A stretch of 40,021 bases of DNA from Octopus bimaculoides (Eukaryota). The position numbers and the translations under genes are program-made. The notes under the pieces were generated by a model, which ran no database searches, was not told where the DNA came from, and saw only the letters and a program-made list of their open reading frames with translations. The number at the start of each line of letters is the position of its first letter. Position 1 is the stretch's first letter. Location of the stretch: positions 58,113,146 to 58,153,166 of the forward strand of contig NC_068991.1 in the NCBI RefSeq assembly GCF_001194135.2, given 5' to 3'. Positions 1-10,910 of this stretch are shown here, piece by piece.

Positions 1-325
1 CAGAAGCAATTTCTTTATCTTTCAAATTTCACCATGTACTAGCGTACACATACAATCTGTTATTTTGTCATAAATGATATATATATATATATATATATAA
101 ATGTGTTTATATGAGTTTGTGTGTGTGTGAGTGCGCATGTGCGCGTGCGTGTGAGTCCGCATGTGCGCGTGTGTTTGTGTGTGTGTGTGGAAAGACATTA
201 TGTACATACGTATACATATAAATACACACACACACATACACACACATATATATGTATATATATAATGAATGCAAACAAAAGTAGAATAAACAAGAAAAAA
301 CAATAACACGAGTACGTGGTACAAA

Positions 326-475
326 TACTGTAGTATCAGACGCTCAGGAAAGGAAGGAAAAAGGATTTAACGTTTCGAGCCAAGCTCTTCTTCAGAAATA
401 GAGAGAAGTCCAAATGAAAGGTAGACGGAGGGAAGAAAATCGCCAAAGATACACACGCGGTTACATTTTGAAAAA
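326..475 (-). mobile_element. Short hammerhead-bearing interspersed repeat (Penelope pseudo-LTR or retrozyme-like)
   Basis: Surrounds the motif at 365-399 and shares TAGT..AC(G/T)CTC(A/G)GGAA...TTTAACGTTTCGAGC with the copy near 7100-7150. No RT or GIY-YIG ORF is visible. Confidence 0.5.
365..399 (-). ncRNA. Minimal type-I hammerhead ribozyme motif (complete core)
   Basis: Minus strand reads AUUU-CUGAAGA-A-GAGC-UUG-GCUC-GAAA-CGUU-AAAU. It has the CUGANGA and GAAA boxes, a 4-bp stem II, a 4-bp stem I (AUUU/AAAU), and palindromic ACGU in place of helix III. Confidence 0.75.
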
Positions 476-949
476 ATTTATATATCTATGCATATAAATT
501 TGACATGGGCGATTCTTTCTGGTCTTGGGACTCACGGTCAAATGGACTCACGGTCAATGCAACAATCTAACTAACTGGTCTACCTGCTTTTACTCTGTAG
601 GTTTTTCATTATCACTCTGCAGATATTTCATTTCGTTGTCTTGCTCTTACAGTATTAAGACCACAGTGGTAATGTATGATTCAAACTTCAATTGGAGTTT
701 AGTTATAATACTTACCAAAATATTACCAACTAAACCAGCAAATGTCGTTATTGTTTAACTGCATATAAATTGCAAAAGAAGAGACGTATCAACTATATAC
801 CAGCAGTAATCCTATCTTTCTATAATCAAATATATGTTATTTTACTTAGGATTCATGGGTGATCTTTTGCGTTTCTAGATATTTACTAAGGACTGTAAAA
901 CATTCTATTTCACCAGTGTTTAGTACGTCTAATGAGATAAGTGTGTGAA

Positions 950-1265
950 TGCGAACAGCTTAGAGGTTAGAGTACTTGGTTCAGAATCGTAAGGTCGTGA
1001 GTTCGATGCCCGACAGGACTCTCGTGTCCTTGTGCAAGACATTTTATTTCACGTTGCTCCATACCATTCAACATTACGAGTTGTATCTGTAATTCAAACG
1101 GCCAGCCCTGTCGTGTTTTGTGTGAAGCTGAATATCTCGTAGAACTAGTTAAATTTAAGCGTGTTTATACTGTGTTCAGCCTCTTGCACGTTTGTTTCAC
1201 GAGCAGGCTGTTCTGTTGTTCAGACTCATTGTAATATGCGTCGTTGTAACCGACGAATTGGCAGT
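950..1265 (+). mobile_element. tRNA-derived SINE, family B (diverged)
   Basis: B-box-like GTTCGATGCC at 1001-1010, followed by GTGTCCTTGTGCAAGACATTTTATTTCACGTTGCTCCA, which is shared with 3398-3731. Confidence 0.8.
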
Positions 1266-2213
1266 TAAGATTTGAATAAGTGCAAGAATATGAAGAAATA
1301 CGAAACCTCGAGCTGGAGTTCAACAAATTTTGTTTAACTTCACAGCGAGGTAAACTGGGAAAATTTAGATTTAAGTGACCGCATCATAATTAGAAAAATA
1401 AAGAAGATGAGAATTATAACTGGAATTGAACTTAAGACCTATGCTGCCGAACTGTAATCGGAATACACAACTGGCCACTATTTCTTCCACCGTTTTAGAA
1501 ATATCAGAAATCAATTCCTTCACCCTCATCTTTGCTTTGTCTCGAATCTCAAAGCCAGACTCTATAGTTGTAACATTAGTGCAATGTGAAAACCATTTAG
1601 GTATCTGTCAAAGGGAATTATCATTTTGTCTTCTTCATCTTCTCACTTCTATAGTCTTTTATATTAAACAATTCTTTTCCCTTAGTCCGTGCCAAAGGGG
1701 GGAAAATTAAAATAAAATAGAATAAAAAAAAAACACGAAAAGCTTATCTAAGTCAACTAAAACCAGTTATCTCACTTAGATGAGAAGATAAACGGTTATG
1801 AATGAAAATTTAAATATAAAAGACATTTTTTTTCTCTCTTTATGTACGGCCGACATATTAATAGTTTTTTCTTATCCTTTTCTTTTGTTCGTTTTTTTCC
1901 CCACACGTTTTATATTTATTATTGCTATTATTATTTGTTTGCAATGCAGAGAACATTCCTGACCGCTGAGGTCAGTAAATGGTCTTTGATAGGATTACCA
2001 TTGAAACGTTTTAATTATGGTTCACATCAAATAAAAGCCAGGAAAAACCATTTCCAAAGAATGAAATAATCGTGAATATATAAATGCAAGATTTAAACTT
2101 TATTATATAGAGTAATTTTTTTTATGTCTAGGTTGTTTGGTTTTCTTCATATATATAGAAAGATAGCTAGATAGACATATATATATATATATATATATCT
2201 TTCTATCTATCTA

Positions 2214-2264
<51 letters not shown>

Positions 2265-2829
2265 TAAAACATACATACAAACATATATACATACACACAC
2301 GTGCACGCGCAGATATATACATGCGTAGTATAATCATTTATGGCACCTTATCATATGACAAAAGTAATGCAAGGAAACAAGACAAAAAAAAAGAGGCCAA
2401 AACAGGAAAAAAACAAAGGTGAAAACTATTAAATATAAAAGAGATGTCCAATATATATAAAAAATAGACCTAATGTTAAAAACTTTGTTATATTCGTTGG
2501 TCATATCGCACTTTTCGTCTGAAATATATATTGATGATAGTCCCTGAATATCACTCATATTTTGAGATAAAATTTACTGCACCGAGCAAGTACACACACA
2601 CAAAAATATATGATGGTCAACGTTTAAAAACACACATACACACTCCCACACCCACGTAGACACACACACACAGATATACGTCTATATACATGTGTGTGTG
2701 TGTCAATTAGGGCGTTGATGTGTTGTGAAAAACACTAGCACGGTTTGGGCCATCTGATGTCATTCGCAGTTAATGTGTATATTTCCGTTGGATCTACTCT
2801 AAAAATTCCGCAGTGTTAGTTGAGATAGT

Positions 2830-3357
2830 AATCGATTAAGGAAACAGAAGATGGATTTGATATTAGTCTTTATTCCGTACGAGGTTCGTTTCGACCCATC
2901 CACCGACTGTCCTTTATTGGTAGGATGCTCCGTGTCCTTTTGTGTAGCATAGATTTTGCAGTCTGGTTTACGTCATTTGCATGCATTCATAAATTTTTGT
3001 CCTGCTAAAAATATTGAGTTCTAGCAGTCGTGTTGTTATATGTCCACTTTCTTAGGGTATGTGAAGATGCTAAAATTATCATTACATTAAATGTTTATAA
3101 CAAATAACTGTTATTTACAATCGTAAATAATTACAAGAAAGCGGGAAAATAACAACACGAGTGACTACTTTGTATTTTTAGCGAGACACCACTTTATGTA
3201 TGTGTATATGTACCTGACGTGACCCCGACCGAAACATTGATGCAACACAAAGTTATACACAATATCCCACTCTTAAACGAGAGTCGGAGAATGAGTCGAA
3301 ACGATCCTACGGAATAATGAAAAATACATAATCCATTTTCTGTTTCCTTAATCGATT
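2830..3357. mobile_element. Foldback / long-TIR MITE-like element
   Basis: Arms 2830-3053 and 3135-3357 are imperfect inverted repeats around an 81-bp spacer. The outer 28 bp match at 27/28. No TSD is evident. Confidence 0.7.
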
Positions 3358-3397
3358 CGATATATATATATATAGAAGCGTTCCATTTTTTTTGTGT

Positions 3398-3731
3398 GAA
3401 GGCGCATGGCTCAGTGGTTACAGTGTCGAGCTTACGATCGTGAGGTTGTGAGTTCGAATCCCGGACCAGGTTGCGTGTTGTGTTCTTGAGTAAGACACTT
3501 TATTTCACGTTGCTCCAGTTCACTCAGCTGTAAAAATGAGTTGCGAGGCCACAGGTGCTAAGCTGTATCGACCCTTGCCTTTCCCTTGTATAACACTGGT
3601 GGCGTAGAGAAGGGAGGCCGGTTTGCATCGGCAACTGCTGGTCTTCCATAAACATCCTTGCTCGGACTTGTGCCCAGAAGTGTAACTTTCTAGGTGCAAT
3701 CCCATGGTCAGTCATGAGCGAAGGGGGTCTC
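3398..3731 (+). mobile_element. tRNA-derived SINE, family B (near full length)
   Basis: A box TGGCTCAGTGG at 3407-3417 and B box GTTCGAATCCC at 3452-3462. The tRNA-like head runs into a non-tRNA body. Confidence 0.9.
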
Positions 3732-4194
3732 AGCATATGTAGGCATGCATGTCTATTAAAGTTTGATTTTATGCCAGTTGGTATGTAATACAGTTTAACA
3801 TTAAACATAAACATAAATATTAATACGTTCTATTAGAGTAAATGTTTCTTAAACATTTAAACGTAATGTTGACAGTGACTTCGAAGTCACTCCCTACGTG
3901 ATTTGGATGTATGTATATGCATATATGATACACTGTACATACATTGTACATATACGTGTACGTATGTGTATGTGTTAGTGTAGCTAAATAAGAGATATGT
4001 GCACATGTATATAGAGTATATATCTCTGCTATTCAAATTCATACAAAAACGGTAGTATTCATGGGATCCGGATGAAGAAACGTTAAGTAGCGTAACTTAC
4101 ATGAGATAACTATTGAGATTTCTGTCTCCTTGCTTTATACTTTAATATGTCACCATCCTATTTATATGCATAATTGCATTAGATGCCGTGTATT

Positions 4195-4229
<35 letters not shown>

Positions 4230-4974
4230 NNNNNNNNNNNNNNNNNNNNNNNNNNNNNNNNNNNNNNNNNNNNNNNNNNNNNNNNNNNNNNNNNNNNNNN
4301 NNNNNNNNNNNNNNNNNNNNNNNNNNNNNNNNNNNNNNNNNNNNNNNNNNNNNNNNNNNNNNNNNNNNNNNNNNNNNNNNNNNNNNNNNNNNNNNNNNNN
4401 NNNNNNNNNNNNNNNNNNNNNNNNNNNNNNNTATATATATATATATATATATATAAAGTAATATAAGCAGCTAGTCGCAATACAAATTGTGCGTGTATGT
4501 ATGTACGTGTGCTTTTATGTATGTGCAAATTTAGTTTTGACTAATACATTCAATTTCACTTCATATCATATTGAATTAGATCGGTTAAATAAGCCATTAC
4601 TAGACAATGAAAATCTCAGTCAAGTTTGTTCTGTAATAAATTTGATTACTTCTTATTACTAAGTTCCGTTGTCATTATATTTTCATACAATGACACGCCA
4701 AAAAAGTTTCAATTTTCTATATATATATTTTGCGTGTTTGTGATTTTGTTATTAAAAACCCGAGGAAGAGAGAGGCGCAGAGAAAATAAATAGATTCAAT
4801 CTAAGTCTCTGACACGCTGAACATTCCTTATACATACATACATACATTCGACATATTTATATACGTATAAAAATATAGGTAGATATACATATATGTTCAG
4901 ACGTATCCCGGCTAAATTGTGTATGTCTACTTTTCTTCAGCATTAGTTTGATGTATTGGTATACAGTTAACGAC

Positions 4975-5276
4975 TTTGTTGTTGTTTGTTTCTACTCGAG
5001 CCATGCTTTGCTCATAAAGGCTGGTTTCTTGCTTCCATTGGTGTATAGGTTCCCCACCTAGACAGAACGCCGGTCCGCCTCAGTTGAGCTGCTAGATGCA
5101 GGAGGAGAGAATGAGAGAAAGTTGTGGGGAAGGAGTCAGCAGAAATTCGCCATTACTTTCTGTCGGAGCCGCGTCGATCTTATGTGTTTCGCTCGTAAAC
5201 ACACACATCACCCGGTCTGAGATTCGAACCTGCGATCCCTCGACCGCGCGTCCGCTGCTGTAACGACTAGGCCTGC
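4975..5276 (-). mobile_element. tRNA-derived SINE with V-domain-like 3' segment and (AAC)n tail
   Basis: Minus strand has A-box-like GGCCTAGTCGTTA (5273-5261) and B box GGTTCGAATC (5230-5221). CTGAGGCGGACCGGCGTTCTGTCTAGGTG resembles the V-SINE central motif as I recall it. The tail is ACAAACAACAAC. Confidence 0.85.
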
Positions 5277-5420
5277 ATATATATATATACGTACTTTTAA
5301 ATGGATGCCTGGCGTTCACTCATATAATAATATAAATAAAATATATACATATATGCACATATATATATACATACATGCATATATACATATACATATTTAC
5401 ATACTTCCATATATATGCAT

Positions 5421-5670
5421 ATATGGGTACAGGACGTCACAAAACGAAAAAAGAGGAAATACAAAAACAACATGAATTCCGAATTACAAAAACTACACGA
5501 AATAACAGGTAAACGTATGTATGTGAACAACGAGAGAAACAAATGGAAGACAGGACAAGTAACATAGAGCACCAGCTTTCATCAGTTGTCGGCTGTTCAT
5601 CTACTCCACATCTCGAGCAATTCACGACAGTATGAGGCTTCGAAGAGCAGTTGCACCCGCAAACCAATAT
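5421..5670 (-). mobile_element. Interspersed repeat family C, copy 1 (partial)
   Basis: Aligns by eye with 8198-8640 and 10581-10910 (GAGTAGAT..CAGC..CTGATGA..TGTCCTG..TGACGTCCTGTACCCATAT). Confidence 0.75.
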
Positions 5671-5896
5671 ATTTATATTCTTGTAAAATTAATGTGGGAT
5701 ATAGAATATCGAATATATAATATATAATATATAATATAAAAATAAATGTTAAAATGAAATGTAGTATTGAATGTCTTATTGAATATACGAAATATTGAGT
5801 ATTGATTATAGAGAATTCAATATATAAAGGCTAATACGTATTTTCATACCTGGTGGTATTCATCAAGGCCTTCGTCTGACAGACTGTAACAGACAC

Positions 5897-5950
5897 AGGC
5901 TTACAAAGAATAAGTTCTGGGGAAGATTTCTCCGATTAACACCCTTTAAG
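5897..5950 (+). mobile_element. SINE family D 3' fragment
   Basis: GGCTTACAAAGAATAAGTTCTGGGG matches the reverse complement of the family D body near 13395-13420. Confidence 0.6.
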
Positions 5951-6200
5951 TAAAAGAGTAAATCTATATGTGTGTGTGTGTGTGTGTGCGTGTGTGTGTG
6001 TGTTTGTATGTGTATGTGTGTGTGTGTGCGCGTGTGTGTATATATATATATATATATACACATATAGTATATGTCTGCATGTATATATGTAGATGAATTT
6101 ATTATATGTAAATATGTTTATACATACATACACACACACAAACATACATGCATACATACACACACACATACACACATACGTACATACACAAATACAAACA

Positions 6201-6231
<31 letters not shown>

Positions 6232-7039
6232 GTAGGCATTTAAAAGATATAAGAGGCGACGAAAGATAAATAGATAGGAAGTGAGAAAAGCTTTAAGGGG
6301 GCGAAAAATAAACAGAATGAGATGGGGGGAAGTTGAAAGATAGAGGACGAAATAGCGGGAGAAAGAGGGGAAGATTAGAAGAAATGATGTGATAGGAAGA
6401 TAAGGAGTGGGGCACTGTAAAAATGTTTCTCTGCTTTGAACGGAAATGGTTTCTTGTCTTTACATAATGTCTGCCATTGAAAGATGTTGTCTAAGTAAGA
6501 ATAATAACAAGATTATATTACTTCTTTCCTTTTGTAACTAAGCATTAAGATTCCTTTAATCCTAGGCATCAACGTTGATGAATTGTGACGTAACTTTTAT
6601 GTTTATATATCCTTTCACATAAGATCTTCGCATTTGTGACGTAAATGGTCTCTAGCCTTGAAATTAATCCCCATCATACTCTCTGACTGTGTGTCATGTA
6701 TTTTTTTACTTTTTTGTTTGCGGCCCGGAGAATGCTCCAGTAATTTTATAATTGGTATGATAATCATGCGGTATTGTATGCGTTCAAACTTTAAATTTGT
6801 CTTTTGATGATATTAGTGCTTGTAATGTAGTCAGCGGCATACAATGGTTCTACACTTGTCTGGTTTCATGATGCCAGTTTAACATTCACAGACACACGCA
6901 CGCACAAACACACAAACACAAGCACACACGCGTACAAACAGATACACACGCACACGTACACACGCGTACACACGCATACACACGCAAACACACGTAGATA
7001 TGGTCTTCTTAATATAAGCTAGAGACTTAGTCAAATGAT

Positions 7040-7225
7040 GCACCGAAAAAAGAAAGAAAAGACGAAGACAGGTAGTGTAGACAACAAACAGATGATGTAT
7101 TAGTTTAACTCTCGGGAAGTGAATAAGTCTTTAACGTTTCGAGCCTACGCTCTTCCACATAAAGGAACACAGAAAGAAACAGGGAGAAAAAATAACGAAT
7201 GTGGAGTGGCTAGCGATCTATCATA
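7040..7225 (-). mobile_element. Hammerhead-bearing repeat with degenerate core
   Basis: 7164-7129 on the minus strand reads CUUU-AUGUGGA-A-GAGC-GUAG-GCUC-GAAA-CGUU-AAAG. Stems are intact and the CUGANGA box has two substitutions. Confidence 0.6.
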
Positions 7226-7469
7226 TATACGTACATACGTACATATGTAACATATGTGTGTGCCTGTGTGGTTGGGTGGAATTGTTTGCGTATGTAGGTG
7301 TGTATGGTCACCTCTATTTGTATTTGAAATTCTTCCTGTAAGATCTTTGTTCGCTTAGTATTTGAGGCTTTAGAGCCACATCAACCAAACCGACCGGGCT
7401 TAGCTGCTAGTTTTTTTTATAATTAAGATTGAAACTCTTGATATATGAACGAGAAAGGGATAATTGAAT

Positions 7470-7500
7470 AACTGTAAACCTACTTTTGGGCCACCCTGTA
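7470..7500 (-). mobile_element. Solo Tc1/mariner-type terminal inverted repeat
   Basis: Minus strand reads TA-CAGGGTGGCCCAAAAGTAGGTTTACAGTT, a typical TA|CAGGGTG Tc1/mariner end. No partner TIR was found. Confidence 0.6.
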
Positions 7501-8042
7501 TGTATATAAATATATATGTATAGTTGACAGTGAGCACAATAAGCAGACGAGGTAGAAGCGAAATATTTTAGCAGCAATTGTATTAGTTTCATGCTTAAAC
7601 AAAAGAAAATGTTGAAGTTTCAGACGCTAGACGTTCTTGAGAAAGAAAGAAAAAGAAACACCATGCAGTGATTCTTTCTAAAACATTTAGTTACACAATC
7701 TTACACACCTTCCATTGACAACGAATTATTAGCTGTTATGTTATGTAAATTATATCATCATGCGTAGGATGGTATGACTAGATATTTTATAAACAATCTC
7801 CGCTGTTCAACTTTGTTTTCTGCATGACACAGAATTCGTGGATGTACATAGAATACATTAGATTATCACTCACGGTTTGCCTTCAGACATTCCAGAATAT
7901 ATATGGGATTATAAATACTACTAATTCTTCTTGTAGGTTCAATAGTAAATCATTTCCACTATTCCAGTCTCTCTCTCTCTCCATAAATATACGTGGTTGG
8001 TGGTGGTGGGGTGTCGAGAGGCTGTCTGCTTCAGAATGTATG

Positions 8043-8081
8043 TATCTATCTATCTATATATCTATCTACCTATCTATCTAC

Positions 8082-8164
<83 letters not shown>

Positions 8165-8190
8165 GATATACATACATACATACATACAAA
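8043..8190. repeat. Compound microsatellite (TATC)n-(TC)n-(TA)n-(TACA)n
   Basis: Read directly from the sequence. Confidence 0.97.
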
Positions 8191-8197
8191 CACACGC

Positions 8198-8640
8198 ATA
8201 TGGATGCAGGACGTCATGAACCGTAAATAACATGAAATGCGAAAACAAATCAGTTGATACGCCAACACTGAGAGAAACATATAAAAAACAGGACAAGTAA
8301 CATAAAGAATAACCCTTCATCAGCTGTCAGCTGTCCATCTACTCTTCATTCCGAGCATTGAACGACAATATGACAAAATAAAATTTGGGATTTGCGGAGG
8401 GTCAAAGTTGATAGCAAAAACAGGACGGTGGAGACATACAAGGAAACCGAACGAAAACAAACATGGAGGGTCGCTAGACCAGACGAAGTTAAAATAACGA
8501 ACGCTGGAGAAATGCTTTCTTTGACAAGAGAAAAGATAGAAGAAAGAGACAGATAGGATACGTGCAGTCACTACGTACGACAGCTCTGAAGGAAAAGAAA
8601 GTTGATCACGTGAGAAAAAGAAAGATGAACGATGGTCACG
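8198..8640 (-). mobile_element. Interspersed repeat family C, copy 2 (longest)
   Basis: Reverse complement aligns with 10581-10910. CTGATGA is at 8323-8317. Confidence 0.8.
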
Positions 8641-8755
8641 CATATACATATATATTTACTATATATATACATATNNNNNNNNNNNNNNNNNNNNNNNNNN
8701 NNNNNNNNNNNNNNNNNNNNNNNNNNNNNNNNNNNNNNNNNNNNNNNNNNNNNNN

Positions 8756-8812
<57 letters not shown>

Positions 8813-9599
8813 CATATACATATATCTATAAATATATATATACACACACACTAACACATGCATATATTATATGCTCATATATATATACACACACATCCAC
8901 GTACACTACTGCACGTACACACACATGTTACGTGTTATGTATATGTATACAAATGACGCGCACGCACACAAATGAACATATATCTATGTATACATATACA
9001 AATACACAGAAGAAAGGTGAAAGACAGGTAATACATTGAAAGACGGACAGACACATTGATGGAGAAACCAGTAAATCCATAGAGAAAACAAAATGTTATG
9101 TAAATACAGTGTTAGATATACAGCTAAACAAGCAGAGAAATTTTAAATTAACATTACAAGATATATTTGTCTTAGCACACACTCACACACGTACACCGAC
9201 ATAACAGTAAAAAATTTACAAACCTGAGAATACAAAATGAAAAGAAAACTAAAAGAAAAATGACAGGTAAAAAGAAAATAAGGAAAAAAAATACCTAACA
9301 TTAACAGAAAGATAAATTTGGTTAGGTAATTTCGATTATGTTGAAAACGAACATCAAATTTTTACAAGCCTTTGCCATTGTTTTGGAGAGAAAATTAATT
9401 TTTAGTGACGAAAATCTTGATAAAGATTGCTTATTTCCTCTCAGGGTAAGTTTTGTGGTGTTAAGATTGTATTAATGTAATTGTCGAGTAGGCTTAAAAC
9501 AAGCAAGATTAGACATCTTCTTGCAATAAAATAAGGAGAATGAAAGATGATAATAGCAACAAAATCAAAAACAAATTCAACAGCAACGGCAACAACATC

Positions 9600-9840
<241 letters not shown>

Positions 9841-10580
9841 ATTAAAGTATACAGGGAACAAATACGCCTCACGCTCATATATGTGTGCGTGTGAATATAT
9901 GTATATGTATATATATATACATATATCTATGTATGTATGTATGTATATATGTATATGTATATCAGCTTGTTTATGTTTGTGAGCGTGTGTATGTTTGTGC
10001 GTGAGTGTTTATACAGAGAAGGACACAAAAAATGAGAAAAAAAAAATGAAAGAGTAAAGTGATGGATACTTCTGAATGAATATTTAAGCACGTACATACA
10101 TGCCAATGCAGAACGAAAATAGAGTTTGGGATCTTGATATTCAGCTTCGTAAACAATGCCAATGCTAACTGAAACTTCGATGAAAATAGGTGTATACACA
10201 GACAGAGGTACACACACACACAAACACACACATACACACACACACACACGCACAAGCACGCACACACACATATGTATATAGTAAGTGACAGAGACAGTGA
10301 GAGATAATACATATGCACAACCATACATATATGTATACACATATATAAATATATACCAATGTGGACATACATATTTACTGATATTCTCTAACAAATCTGT
10401 CCGACGAACAGGAAAACGAAAGTTTAACAGTTTATGTGATGTATTTGCAGCTTTATTAATAAAGTATACATATACATATATATANNNNNNNNNNNNNNNN
10501 NNNNNNNNNNNNNNNNNNNNNNNNNNNNNNNNNNNNNNNNNNNNNNNNNNNNNNNNNNNNNNNNNNNNNNNNNNNNNNNT

Positions 10581-10910
10581 GCATATATTCTCTTTTCAAA
10601 AAAGTGTTTTTCTCAGCGTTCACTATTTTCTTCTCGTTCTGATCAAACGACCTTCCATCTTTGTTTTCGTTCGGTTTCCTTGTATGTCTCGAACGTCAAC
10701 TTTTTGTTCTCAACTTTGACCCTCCATAAATCCAAAATTTTGAAGACTGATATTGTCGTTCAATGCTCGAAGGGAAGAGTAGATAGGCAGCCACCAACTG
10801 ATGAAGGGTCTTTTCTTTGTGCTAACATGTCCTGTTTTCCATTTTGTTAAACGTTGTTCACGTATTTCCTGTTATTTTCACCGTTGGTGACGTCCTGTAC
10901 CCATATATGC
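10581..10910 (+). mobile_element. Interspersed repeat family C, copy 3
   Basis: Shares CAACTTTGACCCTCC, ATTGTCGTTCAATGCTCG, CTGATGAAGGG (10798) and TGACGTCCTGTACCCATAT with the other copies. Confidence 0.8.

Noticed and set aside
647-754. Minus-strand peptide TITTFAGLVGNILVSIITKLQLKFESYITTVVLIL, resembling a class A GPCR TM1 'GN' motif
   Set aside because: It is bounded by stops, has no usable acceptor in frame, and the downstream sequence is hydrophilic rather than TM2-like.
3281-3312. GAGTCGAAACGATC in the foldback arm as another hammerhead
   Set aside because: There is no CUGANGA upstream in either arm.
3401-3470. tRNA-like sequence with good A and B boxes
   Set aside because: I see no closed acceptor stem and it continues into a repeat body found elsewhere, so it is a SINE head and not a tRNA gene.
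4069-4085. CGGATGAAGAAACGTTA, a hammerhead-like string
   Set aside because: It has a core mismatch, no stem II and no stem I pairing.
6583-6644. Two copies of TTGTGACGTAA (CRE/ATF-like)
   Set aside because: A short motif with no promoter context or TSS evidence, so it cannot be supported as regulatory.
7870-7925. Peptide IITHGLPSDIPEYIWDYKYY after an in-frame TAG (possible editing read-through)
   Set aside because: It is short, unrecognised and closed by a stop. Recoding would be pure speculation.
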